Source: Bdellovibrionota bacterium
Lineage (GTDB): Bacteria; Bdellovibrionota_C; UBA2361; CAKMMH01
DNA length: 64,000 nucleotides
Assembly (NCBI GenBank): GCA_050952645.1
Contig: JBMNLI010000017.1
Coordinates: forward strand, 70,164-134,163
Direction: 5' to 3'
Part shown: one piece after another, positions 49,340 through 59,837 of the stretch
Position numbering within the stretch: the stretch's first letter is position 1
Layout: every line of letters starts with the position of its first letter
Notes under the pieces: generated by a model
What the model was told of the DNA's origin: nothing
What the model saw: the letters and a program-made list of their open reading frames with translations, nothing else
Database searches by the model: none
Translations under genes and position numbers: made by a program

Positions 49340-50212
49340 TTACGGTGCTACTTCATTGCCATTATTAGCTTCAGCCCGAACTCGTGCATCTAGTATCGCT
49401 TGATTCTTAGCGATATTATTATTCCTTTCTTCTCGCGTTATAATATGAAACTCGGCATCTCTAAGCTCTATAGCAAAGTCTTGATTTTGTAAAGCCGCTT
49501 TTGGAATACCAAGTAATTCTAAATGATAACTTGCAGCCTGAAAGCAAAAGCTTTCACAAGACGCAAGCATCTTATCGAGTTCATCTTTCGCCTCTGATAT
49601 AGCCTTAAGTAGCTCATCATTTTTTTCTTTTTTAGCGAGTTCTTTTAACTTAGGGAATACCAAATCAGCAAGAACGCATTTATACTTTGCGGTTGCGACT
49701 TTAGCTAAAAACTTACGATCTGTTAAAAGCTTCTTATCACTCTTTTTCGATAGCTCAAGTTTAGTACTCCTTACAAACTCAAGCACAGGCTCGGTAAAAT
49801 CCTTATTTATTGAATTACAGTTGTTAGTAACTCTAGTGCCAGCACGTTTTTTACCAATAACTGAAATATCATTTACCTTACCTTGGAATGCGAGCGTATA
49901 TTTTTCAAGCAAATTAAGCTTTCGCTCTAACGACATATTAACATCGAGAGTGCGTTCACTTAACTTATATCCAAGCATGTTCCTAAAAAGATCCCAATTA
50001 GTTCTCTCGTTAAATTCCATCTTTTCTACAAAAGACCAACTAGGAATAAAAAGTTCCTCTTTAGGTTCAGTAGGATTGAAATTGAAAACTGGGCCAACAT
50101 TCTTAGGCGAGTTGCCTTGTGCAACGCAAACTTGCACTTGCGAAGTAGCAAACAATGCCAAACACGCTACTAGTAAAGTAGCAACAAATGGAACCTTCTT
50201 CTTCTTGTCCAT
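49340..50212 (-). CDS. secreted hypothetical protein (290 aa) with higher GC than its surroundings
   Basis: A signal peptide (MDKKKKVPFVATLLVACLALFATSQVQVCVAQG) is present. No recognisable domain. Confidence 0.45.
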   Translation of the reverse strand: MDKKKKVPFVATLLVACLALFATSQVQVCVAQGNSPKNVGPVFNFNPTEPKEELFIPSWSFVEKMEFNERTNWDLFRNMLGYKLSERTLDVNMSLERKLNLLEKYTLAFQGKVNDISVIGKKRAGTRVTNNCNSINKDFTEPVLEFVRSTKLELSKKSDKKLLTDRKFLAKVATAKYKCVLADLVFPKLKELAKKEKNDELLKAISEAKDELDKMLASCESFCFQAASYHLELLGIPKAALQNQDFAIELRDAEFHIITREERNNNIAKNQAILDARVRAEANNGNEVAP

Positions 50213-50554
50213 AACCTTCTACCTCTCCTTTTTCTGAGCAGGTGAAAACCAGCTAAGCTAAATAGCAAAGCTTAAAAACAAATTATGCTTTTTAAAAAAG
50301 CGTAATTACCCTTTAAAAAAATAACATATCTAGGCTTTTAAATCAATTAAAATTTTAAATAGACAAACAGACAAAACAAATATATTAACTTATATTTTTT
50401 ACTTCCTAAATTATACTAAATTACTCAAAACTTATTCTCTTTCTTTTAAGGTGCTAGAGGTGGTGGCACTATCATTCCATTATCTTCACAAGAACCACAA
50501 AGAGGCGCCATATAAGTAGAGCCATCATTTCTAATGCATCGTGTTATAGGACAC

Positions 50555-53500
50555 TTAAGAAACTACACACCTGCCACTTTCACACCTTAGTTTATAGCTA
50601 TCACAATCTGCATCATTTTCGCAAAGCTTGCCATAATTCTTTTCCCCAAGCGAACACCTGTATATATCATCCTCAAACCGTATACAATTACCTCCGCAAC
50701 ATTCTTCAGTCATACTGCCTGGCGTGCAACCTAAAGGTTTAAAATTCTCCCCAGACATACAATTATACTCTCCTTTACATTCGCCATTATCACACGTTCT
50801 TCCTTCGCCACAACACTCACCACCACATAACGGCTCACGACAACAATATTCATAAATATCATGCGTATATATACGATCTATCTCACAGCAACCACTTCCT
50901 AAGTATGATGTATAAGCAACTTTACCCTCATCGCAACATTTAGAACCATCGTAAACTCTCTCTGTTGGGCAACACGTCCCATTTACAAACTTACCATCGC
51001 AACATTCACTTCTATCATTATAACAATCTTGCTCACTAGAACAGCAATTAGTTCCACAAGCATAAGAACCACTTTCGCAACTCGCTTGGCTTTCTAAACT
51101 TTTACTAGATACACTACTTACAGATTCCGCTTCATAACTATTATAACTTCCACTAGATGTGCTACTTTCACTTTCGTTTGTACACCTACCAGTATTTTCA
51201 TCATATGCCTCACCAGATGGACAACATGCAAATATCTCTGTTTCCCAATTGCTATATGCGCAATACTCTCCAAGTTTACAACAGGAAGAGCCACACGTTC
51301 CAGTCGTATTATCTGTAAGTGGGTTGCAACAAACATCTATTAGTTCTCCTGTAAAACTATTCGTCACACTCCCAACATAATAATCGTTAGGTCTAGCACA
51401 GCAACCTTGATAATCAGGATCATTTGAATCTGTATAAACAGTCCCATCACAACAGTATTGCTTAGTATCAGAAGCACTTCTATAAACAGTTCCATTACAA
51501 CACGTATAAGTTATTTTTCCAAGTATTAATTCATTTATCATACTTTCATCTGCCTCTTTCAAGCTATTCTCTTGAGCTTCTGTTAGCGATGACATACATT
51601 TATCGGCATCACAGCATACACCAGAAGGACATTGAACCTGTCCATCTTTAGAACAACACGATCTAGCTGGCACAACTTCCCGTGTTCCATCTTCATGAAT
51701 ACGAATATACCTAAAAGAATCTTTTATATCGGCACAATATATAGCTTCTGGATCATCTCCCTCAACACCAGTTGGGCAACAACTCCCCCCACAGTAAACT
51801 GAATCCTCTAAACAACACACAGGTTCCCCAGAAGGATTAAATTTCTCACCTTTCTCTATGCCTAATCCTTTAAGTTTAGGAGTTCCTTCAGGACAGCAAT
51901 ATCCCATAACATAGCTTTCACCATCAACTTGAACTACTTCTTCGCCTGCTACAAAACCTTCACCGCAGTCAAAAGAGCATGTAAATGTTATATTGCTATT
52001 TTGATCCATATGATACTGTGCAATTTCTCCATCTTCACAGCATAATTTTTCTCCGAACTCTCCTTCAAAATAATTCTCATCTTTGCAACAACCATCCCCG
52101 GGGTCGCCATTTTCTTTATTGCAACACCTATTATCATTCCCACTAGGATTATTACCATCGATATTATCCATGCACGTATACCCAGCAGGACACGTACAGC
52201 CTACAAATGGTGGCAAACTACTAGAACTAGAATAACTATCGCTATAAGAATAACTAGAAGAACTACTATAAAAATAATTTGGTCTACTTGAACTAGATTG
52301 AGAACTATAACTACTAAAAGATGAACTCGAACTTAATGATACCGACACTCTACTTAACGAAGACGAAACGCTTCCTAGAGATATAGAAAAACTACTAGGT
52401 GCCAAAGAATAATTGCTAGACTTACTAGACAATGAAGAGCCACTAAATAAAGAACCGTTAGATATACTAGATACAGATGATATAACACTACTTAAAGAAC
52501 TTAAGCTACTACTAGGCGATAAACTGCTTTTGCTACTAGACGATGAACTCTTACTAGAAGAGCTACTGCTAGATAAACTTTGCGAACTGCTTTTACTAAA
52601 ACTACTTGAACTCAAACTTAAAGAGCTAGACGATGAACTCTTACTACTAGATGATAAACTAGAACCTAAAGAGCTAGAAGAACTACTACTTAGCGAAGAA
52701 CTACTACTTAGCGAAGAACTCTTACCACTAGATGAACTGCTTTTGCTACTAGACGACGAACTAGGACTTAAAGAACTAAACGAACTACTACTAGGTGAAC
52801 TACTCTTGCTCGAACTGCTTTTGCTACTAGAAGATAAGCTAGGACTTAAAGAGCTAGAAGAACTACTACTTAGCGAAGAACTCTTACTAGATGAAGAGCT
52901 AGAACTACTAGATGAAGAACTCTTACTTGAACTAGAACTACTTTTACTACCAGAAGATGAACTACTACTAGACGAACTTGATAAGCTACTTTTACTACTT
53001 AACGATGAACTTTTACTTAAACTAGAACTTAATGAACTAAAAGAACTACTACTAGGCGAACTACTCTTACTACTAGACGGACTACTACTAGATGAAGAAC
53101 TCTTACTAGAACTGCTTGAACTAGGGCTACTAGAAGAACTTAATGAACTGCTCTTGCTACTAGAAGATGAACTCTTACTAGAAGAACTACTCTTGCTTGA
53201 ACTAGGACTTAAAGAACTACTTGACGAAGAACTTTTACTAGAGCTACTTTTGCTACTAGAACTACTACTTAATGAACTAGCTGAACTGCTCTTACTACTA
53301 AAAGATAAACTACTCTTACTACTAGATAAAGAACTCTTACTAGAACTAGAACTTTTCTTACTAGAACTAGAACTTTTCTTACTAGAACTACTACTGCTAA
53401 GCGAACTACTAGAACTGCTAGGCGATAATGAACTACTACTACTAGAAGAACTAGGATATGAGCTACTACTACTAGATGCACTGCTACTAGATAAACTGCT

Positions 53501-53767
53501 CCTACTAGACGATGAACTGCTAGATGACGAACTGCTACTAGACGAACTCCCCTTAGGTGAACTAGATGTATCGAAAATTTGCGCAGTCCTAAAAAAACCT
53601 ACATGAAACGAATCTGCTATGAGAGGCTCATCACCTAACAACTTAAATATATCTAATATTATACCAGACTTAATATAAATCTTCCCTCCCTTCATTGTCC
53701 TAAGTTTTATCGTCTCACTTTCTTTATCAACGGGAGCAAAATCTAAATATTCTTCCTTCTTCCACAA
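50555..53767 (-). CDS. Large Ser-rich repeat protein with a C-terminal cysteine-rich domain built from about 20 CC-x(3-6)-Y modules; it is probably frameshifted at both ends
   Basis: About 480 aa of S/K/L/P low complexity are followed by modules such as CCNKENG, CCKDENY, CCPEGT, CCSKDG, CCNGTVY, CCDGTVY, CCARPNDYY, CCPSGEAY, CCPTERVY, CCDEGKVAY and CCEIDRIY. The track start is a TTG. A Cys-rich continuation (CPITRCIRNDGSTYMAPLCGSCEDNGMIVPPPLAP) lies in another frame just beyond the stop (50448-50560). Confidence 0.55.
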   Translation of the reverse strand: MWKKEEYLDFAPVDKESETIKLRTMKGGKIYIKSGIILDIFKLLGDEPLIADSFHVGFFRTAQIFDTSSSPKGSSSSSSSSSSSSSSSRSSLSSSSASSSSSSYPSSSSSSSSLSPSSSSSSLSSSSSSKKSSSSSKKSSSSSKSSLSSSKSSLSFSSKSSSASSLSSSSSSKSSSSKSSSSSSSLSPSSSKSSSSSKSSSSSSKSSSLSSSSSPSSSSSSKSSSSSSSPSSSKSSSPSSSSFSSLSSSLSKSSSLSSKSSLSSSSSSSSSSGSKSSSSSSKSSSSSSSSSSSSKSSSLSSSSSSSLSPSLSSSSKSSSSKSSSPSSSSFSSLSPSSSSSSKSSSSSGKSSSLSSSSSLSSSSSSSLGSSLSSSSKSSSSSSLSLSSSSFSKSSSQSLSSSSSSSKSSSSSSKSSLSPSSSLSSLSSVISSVSSISNGSLFSGSSLSSKSSNYSLAPSSFSISLGSVSSSLSRVSVSLSSSSSFSSYSSQSSSSRPNYFYSSSSSYSYSDSYSSSSSLPPFVGCTCPAGYTCMDNIDGNNPSGNDNRCCNKENGDPGDGCCKDENYFEGEFGEKLCCEDGEIAQYHMDQNSNITFTCSFDCGEGFVAGEEVVQVDGESYVMGYCCPEGTPKLKGLGIEKGEKFNPSGEPVCCLEDSVYCGGSCCPTGVEGDDPEAIYCADIKDSFRYIRIHEDGTREVVPARSCCSKDGQVQCPSGVCCDADKCMSSLTEAQENSLKEADESMINELILGKITYTCCNGTVYRSASDTKQYCCDGTVYTDSNDPDYQGCCARPNDYYVGSVTNSFTGELIDVCCNPLTDNTTGTCGSSCCKLGEYCAYSNWETEIFACCPSGEAYDENTGRCTNESESSTSSGSYNSYEAESVSSVSSKSLESQASCESGSYACGTNCCSSEQDCYNDRSECCDGKFVNGTCCPTERVYDGSKCCDEGKVAYTSYLGSGCCEIDRIYTHDIYEYCCREPLCGGECCGEGRTCDNGECKGEYNCMSGENFKPLGCTPGSMTEECCGGNCIRFEDDIYRCSLGEKNYGKLCENDADCDSYKLRCESGRCVVS

Positions 53768-53943
53768 ACTCCCTCAGGAGTTTAGTAGTCTTTATACTAT
53801 CATTATCTAATTTTATACCAGGAATTAAAATAGCATACTTAGCTATACACGGCTCCCCTTTTAACTCAAAATATTTAAAGCCTAGTTGCTTAGGGGTCGC
53901 CACCTTTTTCGATAATGCTAAATTATAAGCCGTAATCCAAAAT

Positions 53944-54390
53944 TTACATATAGATAGGACAATCTTTAGATAGAGCTTGCACCTCAGGCACTTCGCATAC
54001 TTCATCTATTTCACTTCGAGTTTTCCCCCTTACAGACTCACAATTAGGAACGTCTGTATCTCTTAAACCGTCTAGGCAATACTCTCTTAAGGCTACCATA
54101 AAATGAGGTGAAACATCGACTACAAATTGCACTGGCCTATTTTCTACAGCTATTAACAAGTCTAGATTTCTCTCATTTAAACATACTATATGAAAAACAA
54201 ATACGAAAACATGCGTCACTACCCATGTAAGTGCAAAATAATAAAAACAAACTATAGCCATCTCTGATAAAACGCTACCACGACTCGAATGAGACTTTTT
54301 ATATTTATTTTTCATCAAATTTTTATTTTGAAAGAAATTTTTAAAGAAATTTTTCAATCGGTTGTTTGAGGTTAAAAGGAATTTCAACAT
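53944..54390 (-). CDS. hypothetical membrane-anchored ORF, possibly the displaced N-terminal fragment of the Ser-rich/Cys-rich gene
   Basis: It has a transmembrane helix (AIVCFYYFALTWVVTHVFVFVFHIV) and lies directly upstream of 53727-54005 and the 1070-aa ORF, in other frames. No Shine-Dalgarno sequence is present. Confidence 0.25.
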   Translation of the reverse strand: MLKFLLTSNNRLKNFFKNFFQNKNLMKNKYKKSHSSRGSVLSEMAIVCFYYFALTWVVTHVFVFVFHIVCLNERNLDLLIAVENRPVQFVVDVSPHFMVALREYCLDGLRDTDVPNCESVRGKTRSEIDEVCEVPEVQALSKDCPIYM

Positions 54391-54569
54391 AATAAAAATC
54401 TAGTTTTTAATTTTACATGCACACTCTTAAAGTTTGGGCTTAAATTAACAATTTGCTTTTTTCAAAAAAATAATACTCTCAAAAAAAATATATCGTAATA
54501 AAAAAACTTAACAAAAGTATTATATAATCACAAACCTAAAACTTACAAGATTAAAATTTTAAGACTAAT

Positions 54570-54806
54570 TTGGCTGATAATAGATGTCACTTAAAATATA
54601 TAAACAATGTTTTTATTATAAAGGTGATGTCTATGGAAAAGTATGAAAGAGAATTATATTTAAATTCGATTAAGACTCGTTATAATAAATTTGACAAGAA
54701 AGGCAAAGGAGCCGTTCTAAATGAAATTCAAGAAAAGTTAGGTATTGGCTATCGTCAAGCTATAAGATTTACTAAAAAACATATTATCTTTAAACTCTAT
54801 TCTTAA
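54570..54806 (+). CDS. small hypothetical protein, possibly a transposase N-terminal helix-turn-helix remnant
   Basis: KGKGAVLNEIQEKLGIGYRQAIRF resembles the K-x-ILDEF-x-x-TGY-x-RK-x-AIR N-terminal motif of some IS transposases. This is a weak call. Confidence 0.25.
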   Translation: MADNRCHLKYINNVFIIKVMSMEKYERELYLNSIKTRYNKFDKKGKGAVLNEIQEKLGIGYRQAIRFTKKHIIFKLYS

Positions 54807-54849
54807 TTTTCTTAAACTAAAACTAGATGAGTTTGTAGTAAAAAATAAA

Positions 54850-55061
54850 GCTCTTCACGTTTTAAGGTAGTTTTAAATTTTCAAAATTAGTACAACTCCC
54901 CCCACGAAGCCTAAAAGAAAACTGACTTTAAAGGATTTACATAAAACAAATTACTTTGTATAGAGCTATAAAAAATCTTTATCTAGTCGAACACTAAAGC
55001 AAATTTTCTTTTAAGCTAACAAAAAAACAATTCTTCCAACCCACTCAGAACGTGAAGAACC
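54850..55061. repeat. Family A palindromic element, divergent 212-bp copy
   Basis: The left inverted repeat is gctcttcacgttttaaggtag and the right is aacccactcagaacgtgaagaacc. Confidence 0.65.
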
Positions 55062-55126
55062 AAAGTTTTAGATAAAGAGCAAAAATTTAGAAGCAGATTT
55101 AATATAAGCAAAGATAAAATATTGTA

Positions 55127-55564
55127 ATGATAAAAAATATATCTAAATACAAGCAAAAAGGCGAATTTATGAAAAACTTAGATTATGATAGCGATTTTAC
55201 TAAAGATTTATTATGTTTAAAGCTTCAATTTGAAACTCTCTTTGAAAATGCAGGCGGCGAGGAGTGTATAAATTTATTAAACCTAATCTCTAAACTTTCA
55301 GGAGCGGAAAGAGAAATAATACTCAAACAATTTAGCAATATTACGAAGAATTTACTAAAAAATAAAGATAGAAAAAAATCTTTAAAAGATATTGAAGGTG
55401 AAAAATTTGAAAATGAGCTATACGATAGCATTGAAGATGAGTTTAATAATATTCAAATCAAAGCCTTAACTCCACCTTTACCGCAATCTCGCTTTAAAGT
55501 ATTAAATGGAGGAAAAAGTAGAGCGAGAAGTAAAATCATAAAATTTAGAGGTGCTATTTCTTAA
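55127..55564 (+). CDS. hypothetical protein
   Basis: Open reading frame only. It begins right after the family A copy. Confidence 0.3.
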   Translation: MIKNISKYKQKGEFMKNLDYDSDFTKDLLCLKLQFETLFENAGGEECINLLNLISKLSGAEREIILKQFSNITKNLLKNKDRKKSLKDIEGEKFENELYDSIEDEFNNIQIKALTPPLPQSRFKVLNGGKSRARSKIIKFRGAIS

Positions 55565-55606
55565 AAATCTTTATTTCTTTAATTTTAAATATTATCTATT
55601 TAAAAC

Positions 55607-56539
55607 TTACAGCACTTCTCTTAGCACCCAACTAGGAGCTAAGTCCTTAGGGGCTTTTACAGTAATTAAATTTTGCATTTTATCTTTAAACTCTAATTTA
55701 AAACATACTAAGCATAGCTCATCGTTTATTTTACCATTATAAAAATTATCTCCAATTATCGGAAACCCAAGCGAACTTATATGAACTCTTATTTGGTGAG
55801 TTCTCCCCGTTATAGGACGAGCAATAAGCGTTGTCGTGTCTTCTTCTTTATCTTTTTTTAAAACTGTAAAAATAGTTCTAGCAGGTTTTCCCCCATCTAG
55901 CGAGGATATCCTTAAAACTCTATGCTCGCTACTTTTATCTATACAAAAATTACAATCGTATTCATCAAATGGAACGCTCCCTTTTACTTTTAATATATAA
56001 TATTTTTGAATATTTTTTTGCTCGAAAAGTTTTTGCACAAACTTATGTTCACTTTCTTTATAGCTTCCTATAACGAGTCCTGCGGTAGAGGTATCTAAAC
56101 GACTAGGAAGGTGAACTTTAGAGTGATAATAGTTTTCTAAATAAGTTCTTAAGTTAAAATGAAACTGTTCTTTAGTTGGCAACGTTGGAAGTTTTCTTGG
56201 TTTATAATATACGACTATACCATCTTTTTCATATACTATATTTTTTTTATCGAATTTGGGAAAAAAATCTTTTGCATTCTCTACATCATACTTAGGTTCG
56301 TAGTATTCTACATTACAAGGAGCAGTTATTTCATCTTTTATATTTGCACAAAGACCATTTACGAAAACACCACCTAGAAAAAATCTTTTTTCCCATGAAC
56401 TAGGGGCGATATGTGGCAAGGCTTCAACTAGGTAATCGACTAACTTAACATTAGAGCGATCTAAATTTTGGAAAAAATGGTGTTTACTAGTAAAAGTGCT
56501 TTGCACTCTTTCTAAATCTAGAACACTATTGTTTATCAT
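55607..56539 (-). CDS. RluA-family pseudouridine synthase (start trimmed to MINNS)
   Basis: The catalytic-Asp motif SRLDTSTAGLVI and GRTHQIRVHISSLGFPIIGD are present. Confidence 0.8.
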   Translation of the reverse strand: MINNSVLDLERVQSTFTSKHHFFQNLDRSNVKLVDYLVEALPHIAPSSWEKRFFLGGVFVNGLCANIKDEITAPCNVEYYEPKYDVENAKDFFPKFDKKNIVYEKDGIVVYYKPRKLPTLPTKEQFHFNLRTYLENYYHSKVHLPSRLDTSTAGLVIGSYKESEHKFVQKLFEQKNIQKYYILKVKGSVPFDEYDCNFCIDKSSEHRVLRISSLDGGKPARTIFTVLKKDKEEDTTTLIARPITGRTHQIRVHISSLGFPIIGDNFYNGKINDELCLVCFKLEFKDKMQNLITVKAPKDLAPSWVLREVL

Positions 56540-57245
56540 TTTTTCTTTTTGCTTCTCTTTCAACTCTAACTCTACGTAATTTATGGGCATCTAAATTCTT
56601 TATTGCTATTTTTATATGCGATAATCTTATAAGTAGCTCTTCGCTTTCTAAATTAGCACTTAGTGGCTTATCATGCACTAGACCAAAATATTTTTCAAGA
56701 TTACCTAGCACGTATATCATATTTTCAGATAGCAACGATTTTATTTCATTTTCTAATATAACCTGTCTTTTTTTTCTAGTTGCAATTAGCTCTTTTAGTG
56801 CAGATTCTTGCCCAGATAGTAATGTAATATTAGCTTTTTCGTGCGGACAAAAAGGCAAATCTTTTTCATCATATAAATATTTTGCTATCGGCTTTAAAGT
56901 GCTATATATTTTTTTGCCGTTTGTATCCTCTAGCACTGCTCCTACTAGGCTTGCGCTATTTTCTTTAGCATTAGAAACGTTTATTAAGACTGAAACTGTA
57001 TTAACATTTTTAGAAAAATCTACTTTTTCTATAAAATCTATTTTGCCTTTCTTGACGATTACTCCCTTAGTAGATTTAATATCTTCTATATCTAGAGCAT
57101 TCACAGGAATGCTTATGCGTATTACTTCCGAGTAAGAGACGCTTGCAAATAACACCAGGCATAACATCATGCAAAACACCATGCAAAACGCCTTACTTAA
57201 AAATGTGTTTAAAAATGTTGTCGTTAAAAATTTAATTTTCTTCAT
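56526..57245 (-). CDS. membrane-anchored hypothetical protein
   Basis: An N-terminal transmembrane segment (AFCMVFCMMLCLVLFASV) is present. It sits in an operon with the kinase and RluA genes. Confidence 0.4.
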   Translation of the reverse strand: MKKIKFLTTTFLNTFLSKAFCMVFCMMLCLVLFASVSYSEVIRISIPVNALDIEDIKSTKGVIVKKGKIDFIEKVDFSKNVNTVSVLINVSNAKENSASLVGAVLEDTNGKKIYSTLKPIAKYLYDEKDLPFCPHEKANITLLSGQESALKELIATRKKRQVILENEIKSLLSENMIYVLGNLEKYFGLVHDKPLSANLESEELLIRLSHIKIAIKNLDAHKLRRVRVEREAKRKNDKQ

Positions 57246-57777
57246 TTTCTGCTACTATTTTTTTATTATACCATTTTAAAAGATTATAAATCTCATCCAT
57301 TACTTTTGCTTTTCTTTCTTCTATATTAGCTTCCTCAAAAGTTTTTTGCAGAGGATCGTTTAAGCTTTCTTTAGAAACTTCTACAGGAAACTCGCAAAGT
57401 CTATTTGCTACATATTTTCTAGTCATCATTCTTTTAGTTTGATTCGGGTCTTCAACTATGAAAGCATAGCTTAATGTTTTTTTAGGATAAAAAATTTCAA
57501 AATCGTATACTGGCCTATCGAACTCATCCCAATACACTTGGTTTGATGGCACATCTACGGCCATGCCATCTATTACGGCTATTAGCCTTACTTTATTATT
57601 TACATTTCTAGTCCCATTTAATTTAGCAGTTAGAGTAAATGGAAGCCCAGCGGCTTGAAACCCCCTTACATCTGGCACATTATGAAATATATCTTTTGCG
57701 CTAGCACAAAAGGCATTTTCAAATGAAAGCATAATTAAAAATAAAAAAATGGTTGTTAAGCAAAATATTTTCTTCAT
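57232..57777 (-). CDS. secreted hypothetical protein
   Basis: A signal peptide (MKKIFCLTTIFLFLIMLSFENAFCASA) is present. Confidence 0.4.
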   Translation of the reverse strand: MKKIFCLTTIFLFLIMLSFENAFCASAKDIFHNVPDVRGFQAAGLPFTLTAKLNGTRNVNNKVRLIAVIDGMAVDVPSNQVYWDEFDRPVYDFEIFYPKKTLSYAFIVEDPNQTKRMMTRKYVANRLCEFPVEVSKESLNDPLQKTFEEANIEERKAKVMDEIYNLLKWYNKKIVAENEEN

Positions 57778-57846
57778 ACTATTTAATATTATCTTTATTA
57801 AAATATCCCTATTTAAATATCTTTATTTAATATCTTTAGTTAAACG

Positions 57847-59505
57847 CTACTTTTTTCGTCTATATAATCTTAAATTCCAAGTTCCTTTTTCGCCCGTAAT
57901 TTTATTTACAACGTTTCCAGTTATCACACCGTTTGAAATAGAAGTCGCTTTAAATACTAGGATTACTCCATTAAAACGTATTTCCATTTCTTCTTTATTA
58001 TTACTATTATCAAACATTACTGGCAAAAAGCCTTCGCTTTTAACTTTAAATACTATAAAATTATCTTTAACGCTAATAACGAAACCGACTTTATCAAAAA
58101 TTATTTTTTCTAATTCTCCTTCGTATAATCCATTTTCTAAATTTGGAAAAGAAAGTTTTATATCGAGCGCCTCAGTTTGAAGCTCTGAGAGTTCTTTTTC
58201 TTTATTAAATTTTTTATCAGAAGAATCATTCGGGTAAAACAACAACGCTATTGCAAAGAGTAGTATTAAAAATAAGATTATCTTTTTGCTAATTCCTCTA
58301 TTTTTTTTAATGCCGTATACACTACTAATTCTTTTTTCGATATCTTCAACGCTTTCGATATCTTCATCTAACGCATCATCTATTTTAAGGTTTAATAATT
58401 CTTCTTTACTAGCTTTAGTTAGAGTCGCCTTTCTTGTATCACGCTTGCTTGTATCACGCTTATACGTTTTGCTTTCTTTATTTTCAATATTACTTTCAAT
58501 ATTATTTTGAATATTATTTTTATATTTTTCATTATCGTAATCATTCTTTTTATCTTTTATGCTACGTTCTTTATCAACGTTTCGTTTATCTTGATTTAGT
58601 CTATCCTGATTTAGTTTATCCTGATTTAGTTTATCTTCATTTAGTTTATCTTTTTTAAATCTTTCACCTATTTTTTCAAACTCTTCTTCAAATGTTGCTA
58701 TATTTTCTAAATGATCTTTAGTAAGACGTCTTGAAGCTTCAAGGCTTATAGGGTTTCTAGCGTTTAAAAAATCGAGCACTTCGCCTGCACTTTCGAAGCG
58801 TTCATTTTTATTTGGCATAACCATTTTTTTTATACAAAAAGAGAGCTTTTTATTTTTTATTAAATCTGTATTTAAAGATTTACTATGAGTAAACAAGTAA
58901 AAAAACGTTGCACCTAGTGAATATATATCTGATGTAAAATCTATTTTGCCATTATTAAAATATTCTGGAGCTACAAAGTCTTTTTTTTCTATTCCTATTT
59001 TTAATAGATTTTTATCTATATCATTAGTAATTTCACTTAATCCAAAGTCGCCTAGTTTAACTACATCATCTTCAAAAACTAAAATATTTTCTGGGCATAT
59101 ATCTCTATGAATAAAGCCTATTTTATGGATAAAATCTAGTACCTCTAATATTTTGATTAAGTATTTTTCTCCTTTTCTGTATTCTAAAACGTTTCCTTTC
59201 AGAAATTTTGAGATATCATTATACTTAGCGTATTCCATCACTAAATAACAAAGGTTATCTAGCACTTGAAAATCTTCTAATTTTACTACGCTTTCGTGTC
59301 TGCATGAAACTAGAGATAGAGATTCTTTGCGAAGGAGTTCTTTATTGATAGCAGTTTGTTTTCCTACTAAAACTTTTATTGCTACATCTAAATTCTTCTC
59401 TAATAATTTAGCGTGATAGACTACGCTACTTCGTCCTTTTCCGACTATTTCAAAAATTTCGTATTTCTGATCAAAAATTTTTCTTTGATTATTACTATTA
59501 TTCAT
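57847..59505 (-). CDS. Hanks-type Ser/Thr protein kinase with a DKLNQ repeat linker, one transmembrane helix and an extracytoplasmic C-terminal domain
   Basis: The kinase motifs GKGRSSVVY, AIKVL, HRDICPENILV, DFGLS and APE are present. The linker is encoded by 15-bp repeats at 58589-58650. The transmembrane helix is IILFLILLFAIALLFY. Confidence 0.8.
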   Translation of the reverse strand: MNNSNNQRKIFDQKYEIFEIVGKGRSSVVYHAKLLEKNLDVAIKVLVGKQTAINKELLRKESLSLVSCRHESVVKLEDFQVLDNLCYLVMEYAKYNDISKFLKGNVLEYRKGEKYLIKILEVLDFIHKIGFIHRDICPENILVFEDDVVKLGDFGLSEITNDIDKNLLKIGIEKKDFVAPEYFNNGKIDFTSDIYSLGATFFYLFTHSKSLNTDLIKNKKLSFCIKKMVMPNKNERFESAGEVLDFLNARNPISLEASRRLTKDHLENIATFEEEFEKIGERFKKDKLNEDKLNQDKLNQDRLNQDKRNVDKERSIKDKKNDYDNEKYKNNIQNNIESNIENKESKTYKRDTSKRDTRKATLTKASKEELLNLKIDDALDEDIESVEDIEKRISSVYGIKKNRGISKKIILFLILLFAIALLFYPNDSSDKKFNKEKELSELQTEALDIKLSFPNLENGLYEGELEKIIFDKVGFVISVKDNFIVFKVKSEGFLPVMFDNSNNKEEMEIRFNGVILVFKATSISNGVITGNVVNKITGEKGTWNLRLYRRKK

Positions 59506-59837
59506 TTAATCGATATAAAACAATTTACTAAAAAACTTTAAACTTTTATTTCCTTATATATTTTTATAACACAAGTTTATCTTATTTATACAATACTATA
59601 TTCTTTTAGACGCTTTTTCAAACGTTTGAGTTGCATTAAAAAAAATTTCTCGATATTTTATCGATATTTATTGTAAAAAATTTGTAAATTACGTATTTTT
59701 TTGGTAAATTACTATTTTAGCTTATTGCTTTAGAAATTTTTAGTTCGATAATTTGATAAATTAAAATCAAAATTCCCTAACTATCTGTAAATGCTAAAGT
59801 TCTTGTGTAAATAAAAAAATATAATTACCATATTTTA

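Noticed and set aside
52413-53606. 397-aa plus-strand ORF encoding poly-Leu/Glu (LLLEELLLDKL...)
   Set aside because: It is the antisense reading of the Ser-codon repeat region of the 50555-53767 gene. The low-complexity mirror-image composition is a repeat artefact, not an independent gene.
58286-58658. Two 74-aa plus-strand ORFs within the kinase gene
   Set aside because: Antisense to the kinase linker repeats. Low complexity.
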